Both the position numbers and the translations under genes were made by a program. The notes beneath the pieces were generated by a model. It made no database searches. It saw only the letters and a program-made list of their open reading frames with translations, and had not been told where the DNA came from. This document shows, piece after piece, positions 51,455 to 63,545 of a stretch of DNA of 64,000 bases. How positions within the stretch are numbered: the stretch's first letter is position 1; each line of letters starts with the position of its first letter. Origin of the DNA: Leucoraja ocellata. Taxonomy: Eukaryota. The stretch is taken from positions 1,116,001 through 1,180,000 of the forward strand of contig JAWMAR010000391.1 in assembly GCA_036785375.1 (NCBI GenBank). Reading direction: 5' to 3'.

Positions 51455-52629
51455 ACTTTTTACTAGGATTTTTTGGGCCATTTAAATGTTGAATTTCTTA
51501 ATTTTATAATAGTTTCTAATCAATCAGAAGTAGTGACTTGTATGTGTCTCGAATTGGAATTGATTTTCTAATACCATATTACACTAGAATAATTGGAAAC
51601 CTAATTTAGAAAATGAGCTATATTGATGTGATAACGCCCAAATGCTATTAAAACCCAATCTCTAACTGGAAACAAATTGAATTGTAGTAAATAGATATAC
51701 AATGATTTATTGTCCAAAAATACTTAAGCCAATTCTTTGTCTTATCCAAATCCCAAAGATCTTATTGTTTGAATGATGTTCTAATATCGGCTCAATGAAA
51801 GATCCTTAATACTAACTACTGAGTACGACTTCTGGTTAGCTGCACTCTGCTCTTTATAGTGTAGATCAGTTTTATAGTCAGTTTAGCACTTGTCTTTCAG
51901 ATTAGTGTCATCCCATTGTGTTGTTGGTAAAGGCGGTATACAAAGGTAAATGATAAGCAACTATATCCAAAGATTTAATGTTGACGGGGCACTGTATCTA
52001 TGTAGTATCTGAATTCCAGGTCTGAACTGTGTCACTTTTCATAAAACCTGCAGTAGAATCGATGAATGAAATGTAGAGAATTCTCTTGTACAACAAGATG
52101 TAATTTTGTAAAAGTACTTTCTTCTCCAAATTGCAATAATTGTTTCATATTATTAATTATAAGAGGATTCTCTTCATCCAACTAATCATAAAACGTCAAA
52201 TCGTTATTTGCTATTTTTAAATGGGCAAATGACCTCTTTTTGTGATTAACATAAATTCTAATATTTTTGAAATATCAGATTTTTCTACACAAACATAAGT
52301 TAAAATACTCCAGTTGCCTGTGTGTTCCCTTTAAGAATTCAGTTGAATTGCTATCATGTGATTGCCTGAGCCCTTCTCCAAAGAAAACTGCATATTTTTG
52401 TGGCTCACAGTTACATGGTTTGCATTACTTTCCTAACAATTAAATATAACGCCACAACAGCTCTGGAGTATGTGGGGGGAAAAGGGACTTGTAATAGCTT
52501 TAAATAATGTAATCAATATTGAGCAATAAAAGTGTTCAGTCTCATGCCTTGACAAATTTCAGGGAGCAGAGGAGCACAACTAAAGATTTTTAAAAAACAA
52601 TAAATACAGTATTAATATTTTGTTTTCAA

Positions 52630-52664
52630 ATACAGCTAGATCAGCCGTCCGTGAAAACCAAAGA
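52630..52664 (+). promoter_or_regulatory. miR-9-5p 8mer site with 12-nt contiguous 3' complementarity
   Basis: ATACAGCTAGAT (52630-52641) + 14-nt loop + AACCAAAGA (52656-52664), versus the reverse complement of miR-9, TCATACAGCTAGATAACCAAAGA. Confidence 0.8.
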
Positions 52665-54541
52665 TTTATTTTTTGTTCACCTTTGTGTATCAACAATAGG
52701 AGTTTAGTTCTTAGCTCCTGGAATGTGTCTTTTAAATGTTGTTTTAATGACTTGCTTATTTTGATGCAGCTACAAATGATGATAGTTAACACTCCAAATC
52801 AAAATTGGCATCTTAATGCTGGACAGCAGTCATTTTGAAATACTGTACACCATGTCATAGAATAATAATCATTACGGACTTTTCTTAATGTTTGTTTAAA
52901 ACACTGTTTATTGTCCCATCTCCTCATTCCCACAGCATTGAGGTAGCAGTTGCTGAGGTTCAATTATGGTGACACTTTGTGTAACTGTTACTCTCCTGCT
53001 GTGCATCTTCCTACTCTGGGCAGTCTGGTGTTCAATTTGAGCTATTGAAAAGTTTGAAAATGTGTGTTCATAAAGCCAAATTTTACAGAGTTGCACCCAC
53101 TTAGAGCACCTTGTGCAGCGGGGAGCATCAGTAATCATTTAAATTTTCCTTTGACAAAGGCAACTGTAAAATAATGAACACCACCCCGTCCGCTCCCTGT
53201 TCACCATGTAACTGTCCAGCTTTGTGTACTAGCTGGCTAAGACACACTCCCCGTCCAGGACATGAATCGGGTGAATAATGGAAATCCAGATATTTAAAAT
53301 CTGTTTGATATCATTGTTACTTCCGTATTACCCTGCAACAAAAAACAGTGAAAATATGTCTTTATAAAATACCTTCTGCCATGTAATGTACAGTATTTCA
53401 AGCATGGGAACTGTTGTAGATTCACCAGCATTTTTTCCACACTTTTCAATTCTGCTTCGGATATGATGTAGGTTGAACTGGTGTTTACACCACATCATTA
53501 GATAGTACAGCAAGATATTTATGAAGGACCTCACTTGCCGTTGCTAAGGAAACTCGTCATTGATTTCCAGCAAATCAAATTTTGTAATTACATTCATTAA
53601 AGTGGCTACATTTTTAAATTTATTAGGAGGGCCCATTATTGGTGCCTGATAACATCAATGCATTTGGAAATGTAAGCACAGTTTTGGATGGTAGTCTGCC
53701 TTTTAAGACCAGTAAAGGCAAAGTCTGGAAAATATGCTGGCCAATTGATGAGATTTTGCTGCCAGTTTTGAGATTGGAGATGTTAATTAAAATATAACTA
53801 AAACTACTGCCTCGTTTTTAAGTTAAGTATTTGTTGATGCACATTAATCTGGAATTATGTGTTAAACTGCCTGAAATTGTATTTTCATTTTAATTATGTT
53901 TAAAATGTGTGTGGCTGGTGTAACGGGTATCTACGTGACATTTGCTGCTTGCACCTTGGTGGTACTGAAGTATGTCACGTGACCACTCATTATAACAGTT
54001 AGGATGGGTGGGAGAAAAGTCATTGTAAACTGCTTTTATTTGGTTACTGTGTTTTATTCATTTGTGATGAGAATGATTAATGTGTTAGTTTTTTTTTGAT
54101 TTAGAGCATATTGATAAGATGTGAACTAAAGGGAAGAAGTGGAGGGTGCAGTCCAATATATCTCAGGTGTTCTGAGCCTTCTATCTTCAATTGCCAATGA
54201 TCTTGTAAAGGCAGTGTTTGCGATCCCGGCTCTGGACAGTGAATCTGCATTATATCAAATTTTATTTGTCTCAGGGGATCAGCTTCACTTTCTGTCCAGT
54301 GCTGCAGGAGAATAAACGTTTGCCTTGATTTGTGAATGTACCTCATTTATGTCTTTAACTACTTTTACTGAGAAACTGTGTGTTCCTATTTTATAACAGC
54401 ATTACAGTGAATGCTGCCGAGAGCTCAGGTGCCTGATCTGTAATTTTGCTGACTCATGCCAAAAATATAACTAGTCTAAAAAGCCAAAATGTTTTAAAAC
54501 TGTTGTAAAATAGTCTGCATTTTGAATGATTGCACAGTTTA

Positions 54542-54547
54542 AATAAA
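54542..54547 (+). terminator. Candidate distal polyadenylation signal AATAAA
   Basis: Canonical hexamer after the last miRNA sites, with GT-rich gtattgtgg ~20 nt downstream; alternative hexamers at ~50606, ~50805, ~52525 and 54311. Confidence 0.45.
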
Positions 54548-56769
54548 GTTTTCCATAAAATGCAGTATTGTGGCACATTTAATGGATGGGGGAAACATCG
54601 TCATGATGATTCCTTAAAGATATTTAAACTCCTTTTGGATGTGATTCGTTCTGCTTGTGTCTGTATCTCTAGATGAGTGTTTAAAAAAAAAAAAAAAAAT
54701 TTTTTTTAAATGAAATACTACTGCCTGTTTTTCCCAGGTGAAGTTCTGGAGCAGTCAGGATTTTGGCCTCAGGACAGGCTCCACCTGGCAAAATGGAAGA
54801 ACTTTAAACTCGCAAAGCCAACAAGGTGGAATAATAATGGTTCCAAAATAAACACAGGGAGAGAAAAGAGAGAGTGCCGCAGGTAAAGGGAAAATTGAAC
54901 AACGAGAAATGGTTAAACCAGAAAATATAAATAAGGTGTGTGAATGAAACGTTTCAGAAACAGGGCAGGTTAGTTTGTGTGATCCAAATAAGTATTCTTA
55001 CTATAAACACATGGACTTTAATGGTCAAATGAACTGAAAGCATCAATTCAACATGAAAAATATGACTTGGCAGATGCAAAACAGAAAGTAGGAAGTACCA
55101 TAAGGGTTTATATAAGCACTCATATAAGACGTATCAAAATAAAAACAACCTGAATCATTGTATTAGAACGAAGGTTGTAGTCAGGAGTGATGTTGTAAGT
55201 GAATGTAAAGAAATGGACAGTAGAGGATGAGGGTTTGCATTGTCCATTACATCAACCTCTGATTGGGATTCCCTTTCAATAAGTTGGAAGGTCTGCCTAA
55301 GTGATTTTTTTTTTTAATCGTCCATTTCAGTTAAATGTAAACCTATGGGTTCTTATCAGCTTGGACTTAACTTTCACAAGTTGTGGTTTATTATGTTCCA
55401 TTACCATACTTAGCAATTTCACTGGGTGGTCTAAGAAGCTCAGAATCTGTACTTCTGACCTTCCCTGACACAGGGCTTCTTGCTGTGTTCCACATCATTC
55501 AACAATTCTTTCTCCCATCTGAGTGCATTCTAATCTTTATTTTTAAAGACAACCAGATTCCCCAATATAATTCCACTCTGAGCTAAAATCACACCACATT
55601 GGTTTAATGGATATTACTCTATAAATGAATGAATGCATTCAGCAGCAAATGAATTGTACTTACAATTAATTGTTCATCACACATATTGACACTTTCATTT
55701 ATTATAAATCTTTTTCCTCATCGTGTTGGAAGGAGGATCTATTGTCTCCCTGGTCAGTCCAAGCAACAGCCCATCTCTTTAACTACTCGTTTTGAAGAAG
55801 AACTTTGGTTAAACATCTCAACATTGACCTCGATCACATACAGAACACAAAATGATAGAACGAATGATAGGTTAAGGCAGAATAATCTCCAATAACAGAT
55901 ACCACACTTGTGATAGTCACCTTTCAAGGCCTTGAGAATGGTTTGACCATAAATGAGACATAACATCATTCAAAATTCACTTACATTTGAGTGACTGTTG
56001 TTTCTTTCATGTTTATTAAACTTCTATTGTGTAAATTACCAATTTTGCACGCTTTGGGTTCTGTCGGTGAGTGCAGTATTGGCTGGGAAGGGCAAGGTAT
56101 CCACTGTTTCCCAGTGTAGGTGCCCATGGAGTGATATCAGAGTCTTTATGCCTGTGGAGTAGGCTATCCATAGTTTCCCAGTGCACGTGATGCCAAACAG
56201 TTTGGTCTATTGTCTGTTGGTAATGGCGAGCACTGAAAATGGTGTTGCAAAATTCAGGCCGATATAATAGCATCATGCAGTTTCATTTTGGATCTGGACC
56301 TTTACGCAAGATACAAAGAAATGAAAATATTAGTGGCCATCACTGCTTCTTGCAAACACATGTGCACAGAATATTTCTGGTGTGCCCCGTTTCTATGGCT
56401 TGAACACTAATTCATTCACAAAAGCTGAACCAATCTTTTTGGCAAATTGCCTTCATTCATTTTTAATCTTCTGCCTCGGGCACACTTACACTATTTTTGT
56501 TGGCTATGGAGAGTGAAACCTTATACTTGTCATCAAATAACTGGAAATGCTGGGGATACTAATCATGTCAGGCAGCACTTGAGGAGGTGCAAACAGTTAA
56601 TGCATCAGCAAGATGATCTTCCATGAGTTTTGAAAGGTCACAATTAATGTTTCAGGTTATCAGCATTAATGTTGTTTCCTACTTTGCAGATACTGCCCGA
56701 CCTCCAGCATCTGCAGATTGCTTCTTGCTTTTAAATTTACTAATAATTTTCTTTTTTAATAGCTAGACC

Positions 56770-57380
56770 AGGACCACCTCCATGTATCTAACTGGGGCTA
56801 ACACCATGGGCAAAGGTATGAGACCTTCCAATATGTGATGCCCTATTTCTCTTCCCGCTAACCCTCTACTGCCAGTTCTATATTTGCATTTCCACCCTTT
56901 TGATTCATAGTCCGGAGAGGAGTGCTTCTGGTAAATATATCTATGTTCCACTATCACTAACAGGTCACCTCCTCAGCCTCTTTCAGTCCAAGAAAAAAAG
57001 CCCAGCTCATCTAATCTCTCCCATGTCTAAAATCTTCCAATCCAGTTGTCATCCTGATGAATCTCCAGCGCTGTCACATCATTCCCATTGAGTGGCGGTC
57101 AGAACTGCATGCTGTACTCCATATAGTCTAACAAGCGTTTTGTAAAGTTGCACCTTGGTGTTCCAACTCTTATATTCTATGCCTCGATCTATGAAGGCAA
57201 GCATGCCATATGTCATCTTCATTATCTTATTTATGTTGTCACAAAACAGCAAAGATCCCAACACTAATCACTGTAGTTCATCACAAGTCACCTATTTCCA
57301 ATCCTTCTATCACTACCTGTTTCCTGTTACCAAGCCCATTTTGGATCCAATTAGCTAGCTCGCCTTGAATCGCATGTAAA
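56770..57380 (-). mobile_element. Old CR1 fragments
   Basis: YGMLAFIDRGIEYKSWNTKVQLYKTLVR on the minus strand. Confidence 0.7.
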
Positions 57381-59053
57381 TAACTGTGCTCCCCCTCCAA
57401 GCTTTCCAATACCCAAATGAGAACACGACCCCTCCCAATGTGCAGTTCTGAACCCTACTCCCTCCATCTATCACTCTGACCTAGCTCACCCATTTTGGGC
57501 CCCTAACCCCTGACCCTTCACCTGTGACCTAACTTCCCCTCGAGGACTCTGCAATTGCATTTTCATGAGCAAAGCCTATTTTATAGAGGAGAGATTCGCA
57601 AACATTTTTGCTGAACAGTACTCCACCTCCAACATTACGTTCTCCACGTTAACTAGAAGCATTAAGTAGAAACGTATCAATTTATACTTTGCCTTCCCTA
57701 ACATTATCATAGGTACAATCGCTGCCCCATTCCTTAACTCGTCTCCCACCCCCAACCCAGACTCACAATGGAAATTATAGAGCACCACTTTGACCTCGTA
57801 TACTATAGAATTTTAGAAAAGGTTAGCAGACGTTAGCAGGTCAAGCAGTTGAAGGATGGGTGGTGGGAGGCCCCTGATCAGATTGAAAATGTGGCGGTTA
57901 ACACTAGGAGAGGGGGTGGGGTGTCTGGAGGGAGAGCCATCACAAGGTATAAATTTAATTGGGAGAACGTCCCCAGGGCAAGTCCCCAGTTCCAGACTTT
58001 TCAGCTTGTGATCTGTTCGGGGGGTAATTAACAGGTCAGATGAGCTGGCAGGAAGAGCGCAGACTTTATCATGAATGCAGTCAGTGCCTTTCCTCTTTAA
58101 CGTCATAAGCATGTTACTTGATGGAACATCCAGGTCGACCCTTCTCGCCAAATGCTACACAATAGCTCCTGCAGAATGCTGTAAATGGTGCCAGTAAAAA
58201 CCCACTGTTGTTTGAATTAGAACTTAAATGGAAGAAATTAATAAAAGTTGGGGGGGGTAAGGAAGGAACAAACAGGTCGGCAGAGTTAGATGAGGGTGAA
58301 TAAAAGTCAAAGTAAACTAAGCAGATAATTAGTGTTGACAGGTCAGGCATGGAGACGGCTGCTCATTGTGCAGTGCAGATTCCTTCAAACAAAACAAGGA
58401 CGAGAGCAGGAGCGTTGCACCACATATGTGCCTGTCACGCTGGGGCAGTAATTTAACGTGGGGAGAGTTTGAATGGGGACAAGGCTGTGACTTCTTTCAG
58501 CCAAGCACTGGAAATTCCCTCCCTGTGGAAGATAAGTCCGCTCTTGTCGGATCACCAGTTCAGTTCGAAGTTTGCATTGTGTTGCTGGGATAATTCCAGT
58601 AGGTTATTGGGTTTTTCATCTGAATGTTTTCAGTTGCTGCACTGGCCCAGCTTGTTGCCAGTTGTGTGTTTCTGATGTTTCTGTTTGGAGCCAGCTGAAC
58701 AAGAATTCCATCCTCACACATTTGCTTTATAAGTCTGCATTGTGTGAGAGGACAGGGGGACATGGTAACTCATTGAGCTGGGATAATAATTTTCTGATTG
58801 GCTAATAATGATTTCCATAACAATAAGCCGAGGTCCTGCTGTGATAGGTCATTGCCATGGAAGCCAATTGGGAAACGCATGAATGAATGCACACGTGTAC
58901 TCATCAGCATCTTATTCAGCTCCTTTATATGGGGGATTTATTCCATTTAAGTGAGTTACCAACTTTATTTAGCTTCATTTAAAAACAAAATGATTTATGT
59001 AAAGACAGAAGGATTTCATACAGTAGTAAAATGCCTGAGACTTGCCTGAGACT

Positions 59054-59478
59054 CTGCTTGTACTCGCTAGAATTTAGAAGATTGAGGGGGGATCTTATAG
59101 AAACGTACAAAATTCTTAAGGGGTTGGACAAGTTGGATGCAGGAAGATTGTTCCCGATGTTGGGGAAGTCCAGAACAAGGGGTCACAGTTTAAGGATAAG
59201 GGGGAAATCTTTTAGGACCGAGATGAGGAAAACATTTTTCACACAGAGAGTGGTGAATCTCTGGAATTCTCTGCCACAGAAGGTAGTTGAGGCCAGTTCA
59301 TTGGCTATATTTAAGAGGGAGTTAGATGTGGCCCTTGTGGCTAAAGGGATCAGGGGGTATGGAGAGAAGGCAGGTACAGGATACTGAGTTGGATGATCAG
59401 CCATGATCATATTGAATGGCGGTGCAGGCTCGAAGGGCCGAATGGCCTACTCCTGCACCTATTTTCTATGTTTCTATG
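59054..59478 (+). mobile_element. Young 5'-truncated CR1 LINE (ORF2 C-terminus, 3' UTR, tail)
   Basis: LYSLEFRRLRGDLIETYKIL...[14 protein letters not shown]...[10 protein letters not shown]; ttctatgtttctatg tail. Confidence 0.92.
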
Positions 59479-59872
59479 ACTTGTTGCAACCATGAGGGAA
59501 TGCTGTCGAAACTGTCCACATTGTGACACAGTAAGCAATCTTGCCTGCCTCTTTCTTCATTTCATTAAGCATAAGGCCTTCACCGTGTGCAGCAGCTGGA
59601 AGTCAGCCTGAGTTCAACCAGTTGCTGCCTTGAAAGAGACACAATGTGAAACGGTCCCATCCCTCAGCTACACTGCCTGAAACAACACCGCCATCAGTTT
59701 ATTTCTGTATCTAACTCACCATTTCTACTGAGCCCCCTCCAACTCTAGACTATCTGGAAATACTCAGTAATTTACTTTCACTAAACGCTGGGAAGATTGA
59801 AGCCATTAGCCTTGTTCTCTGATACTTTTTCCATTCCCTTGCCACTGTCTCCTCCTTGCCCCATGATGTTTA

Positions 59873-60310
59873 CATAGAAATATAGAACATAGAAAACGGG
59901 TGCAGGAGGAGGCCACTCGGCCCTTCGAGCCAGCACCACCATTCATTGTGATCATGGCTGATCGTCCCCAATCAATAACCCGTGCCTGCCTTCTCCCCAT
60001 ATCCCTTGATTCCATAATCTTCATGTAGCCTGTCAATTTACCAACATTTTTCACTGCACTGCCAACTGAATTGATGATGTAGATGACAAACAACAGTGGA
60101 CCCAGCACCAGCCGCTTCCTAACTCCACTGGGCTCAGGTCTCCAATCGAAAAAACAACTCTCCACAATTATTCTTTGACCACTTCAATTTTGAATCCAAC
60201 TGGCTGGCTCATCATGGATTGATTCCATGTGATCTAACCTTCCATCTAGCCTACCATGGGAGAGCTTGTGAAAGGCCTTGCCAAATTTCATATCGATTAC
60301 ATCTATTGCC
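59873..60310 (-). mobile_element. Young CR1 3' end abutting an old CR1 RT fragment
   Basis: Near-identical to 3820-3954, followed by a DWRPEPSGV..LVLGPLLFVIYI remnant. Confidence 0.75.
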
Positions 60311-61109
60311 CTTCTCTAATCTTTTTTGCCTGGGTGGCCAACAAAACAAAGTTTTTTCACTGTATTTTGATGCACATAACAATCGCAATAAACCAAAACA
60401 AGGTGTTGGAGTGAGCAGAGGTTTACTGGTAAGAAATCTAATTTAATTTAACGTGGGTTGAATAACTTTTTTAAATGCTGCTGACCATGTATCATAACAT
60501 ATTGGGCCTGTGCTCTTTTAGTAAAGCATCTGAAGTCTGGGCAGAGAGTAATTACAGGCTAACCCAGACTTAACATGTGTAAAGTTTCTTAAAATATTAT
60601 GATGCGCATGACTCCTACAAAACTAAAGACAGCATGTTGTTGCTGCTGCTGCTGCTGTTGTTGCTGTTGTACTCAGCGGGTTTTGGTTCCATGCCAAGTA
60701 CTATTAGAGCCACTCTGCTACGCAGACAATAACTTTAACACAGTTGTATCTTGAATAAGATGAATGTGAATCGCTCAGGGTACTCATTTTCCACCCCGGA
60801 TTACATCTATTCTCAGAGGAAACGGTCCTGAGAGCTAAAGGTAAGAGATTTCACACATCTGTACAATAAGAAACTGGGTGTGGGTTGGCTGGAATGAAGG
60901 ATGTCTCGTATCAAAGAAGGAATAATTGTGCCTGGACATCTTCACCATTGACAAATCCCAACTTTCTACCATTTCCACCCGATCACCAAGAATGGGAAAA
61001 CATTGTAAGCTTACACAGCATGCTAAATCCCACTGAACCTACACTATACATGAGGTGTTCAACAGCTCCATGCTCCCTTTCATGCAGCACATGTTATTTG
61101 GTAACACGA

Positions 61110-61475
61110 AGATAGATAGACACAAAAAGTTGGCGTAACTCAGGGATAGGCAGCATCTATGGAGAGGAATGGGTGATGTTTCGGGTCGAGGCCCTTCTTC
61201 AGACTGGTTAGGGGGACAAGAGAAACAAGATTTCGACAATGATGTAGAGAGATAAAGAACAATGAATGAAAGATATGCAAAAAAGTAACGATGATAAAGG
61301 AAACAGGCCATTGGTAGATGTTTGTTGGGTGAAAATGAGAGACTAGTGCAACGTGGGTGAGGGAGGGATGGAGAGAGGGAATGCCAAGGCTACCTGAAGT
61401 TAGATAAATCAATATTCATACCACTAGTCTGTAAGCTGCCCACGCAAAATGGGAAATCCTGTTCCTCTAATTTGC
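61110..61475 (-). mobile_element. Penelope-like 3' fragment
   Basis: Reverse-complement homolog of 42200-42525. Confidence 0.8.
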
Positions 61476-61557
61476 TGTGAAGTTCACCATGACCACTGGA
61501 GACCAGAACTGGAGGAATAGGGAGATCCCGGATAACTCTGGGGTGGTTAGAGGCACA

Positions 61558-61638
61558 AGAATAGAATAGAATATAATAGTTTCTTTATTGTCATTGTAAC
61601 ATGAACCATGTACAACGAAATTTAAAATGTCAGCCAGC
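61558..61638 (-). mobile_element. Extremely truncated copy of the Rex1 element at 30509
   Basis: tagtttctttattgtcattgtaacatg..ccatgtacaacgaaatttaaaatgtcagccag shared almost exactly. Confidence 0.85.
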
Positions 61639-63136
61639 CATTGAAGAATATGACAATGGAAGGATTGGCATTTAATTTAATCATTTGTTAACAAACCCAG
61701 TGCTTTAAATGTTAAAATAACTTTATGGTACCTGTACTAAGCTTTCAGAGATCTGTAAGTATTATAGGTTTTAGGATACATATCAAGGCAGGCCTCCCTC
61801 CATCAGAGAATGGCCTGGACCAATGTAAGGAGATTAATAGAACAGAAATAATTTTAGCAAACAATTCCAGCCTTATTTAGCGAGTCCCAGAACTAAATAT
61901 TGATCCAAGATTTATGTTGAACATTTTTCAAAGATCTGGTATTGTCTGTAATATTGTGAAAATTTCCAAGTCTTGTTGCTAACTTTAAAAAACTTGAAAT
62001 TGAGTAAAAAATAATATAAATAGTTTCTGTGACATATAGCAACTCAGGTTAGGAGCTGTGAATATTTCTGTCCTGGGCTCTGATAAGTGTTGTTTTTCTG
62101 TTTTTACTTCCTCATGACTCTTTGAACAAGGAATATGCAGATAAGACGCGGGCTTTACACTGACTGTAGCCCCAGAGTCATTTGGTGGAGCAGCCCTGGG
62201 TACTGTTTTGTTAAGCCCTGTCTTCCCCCTGAGATGGTGTCACATTACCGCAATGATAACACACACACACACTGATGTCCACAAATGACAGTGAAAGGAG
62301 AATGGTGATTTGGAGCTTTTAAAAGTTACCAACAAGAGTTGGAAAGTTTTACCCTTAGATCACATCACAACTTAATTTCTACAATTTACAAAAGGGGGGG
62401 ATTTTGATTGTAAGCAGCTGAAAATTTGGAGCAAATCTGATTGTACAGCTGTAGTTTCGACCAGGCTTTTGACCCTGCTGGTCAGGCTGACCTCTGCGCT
62501 CAGACAGTCTGAGGCCTGCTTGCTGTGTGATGATAGTGTGGGACGAGACACACAATAGAGGATGGAAATTTCTCCCATTGATTGCAGACTGGGGGAGGGG
62601 GTGAGGGGAATGTGCAGCCACAGTAACTTCCTCTTGATATGGGGCATGCTTCACTCCAGCCAACCCACCCAAGTGGGAGAATACTTTCAATGTGTCATGG
62701 ACAACCAGGAACTGCGGCCAATTTAATGTTTTTGTCTCATTGCCAACCTTAATCCCACCGGCAGCTTTTGGTCTTTGCAATTTGTAGAACACGTGCTGAT
62801 TTACTCTGACACTAAATGTGAAGATTCTGCATTGTAATTTATGTAACTCTGCATGGAGAGGGTGCAAGAATAAGCAACCATTATGCAAATGATGGTAATC
62901 AGTGTCATGAAGCAAGTGAGGAAAAACCCCTCCCAGATGCTGATGGAGCAGATACTTCCCTGTGCCATAACTGGGGACAAGTAGACAAAGCAACCTATCG
63001 ATCCAAAGGATCTGGTTGGCAGAGTGGCATGAATCCTAGGGTCTCGACCCAAAATGTCACCCTATTCCTTTTCTCCAGAAATGCTGTCTGACCCGTTGAT
63101 TTACTCTGGCATTTTGTGTGTCTCTTCGATTATAAA

Positions 63137-63231
63137 CAGTGGCGGACTGGGTCTAAAAATATTGGTTGCCAGGAGACAAAGGGGGCCCACTTGCCATCGG
63201 GCAAGCTGACACCCTGGCCAGTCCGCTACTG
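63137..63231. mobile_element. 95-bp hAT-type MITE nested in a Penelope-like fragment (63038-63265)
   Basis: TIR cagtggcggactgg / ccagtccgctactg; flanks gattataaa / gatataaa. Confidence 0.8.
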
Positions 63232-63345
63232 GATATAAACCAACATCAGCAGTTCCTTCCTACGCATAAATCAGGAACTGTTAGTTACAAAGACAGTCAT
63301 ATTAAAATCAAACTTTATTTTCAGTACATCCCACGGTCCTGTCAC

Positions 63346-63545
63346 AGGGTGGCACAGCGGTAAGAGTTGCCAGCTTACAGCACCAGAGACCTGTGTTCAA
63401 TCCTAAGTGCGGGTGCTGTCTGTGCGGAGTTTGCACGTTCTCCCGGTGGGCGTGTGGGTTTTTTCATGGTGCTCTGGTTTTGTTCCCACATTCTAAAGAC
63501 GTGCGGATTTGTCGGTCAATTGCCTCGTATCTCTAAACGAAACTG
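63346..63545 (+). mobile_element. V-SINE, diverged
   Basis: tRNA head and V-domain. Confidence 0.75.

Larger units (their letters stand above)
48899..54565 (+). other. PRTG: Inferred long 3' UTR of PRTG
   Basis: AT-rich and nearly repeat-free; strand-specific let-7, miR-9 and miR-125 seed sites continue to 54345; AATAAA at 54311 and 54542. The 3' end is inferred. Confidence 0.65.

Noticed and set aside
52939-52960. Sense sequence TGAGGTAGCAGTTGCTG resembling mature let-7
   Set aside because: Diverges after nt 8 and there is no complementary star arm to form a pre-miRNA; likely coincidence.
54680-54710. A-run/T-run palindrome resembling a terminator or retrocopy tail
   Set aside because: Simple homopolymer juxtaposition; at most an internal-priming artefact site for 3'-end mapping.
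62372-63052. 204-aa minus-strand ORF and neighbours
   Set aside because: No recognisable family, non-ATG start, no supporting exon chain; treated as chance, although a BLASTP would settle it.
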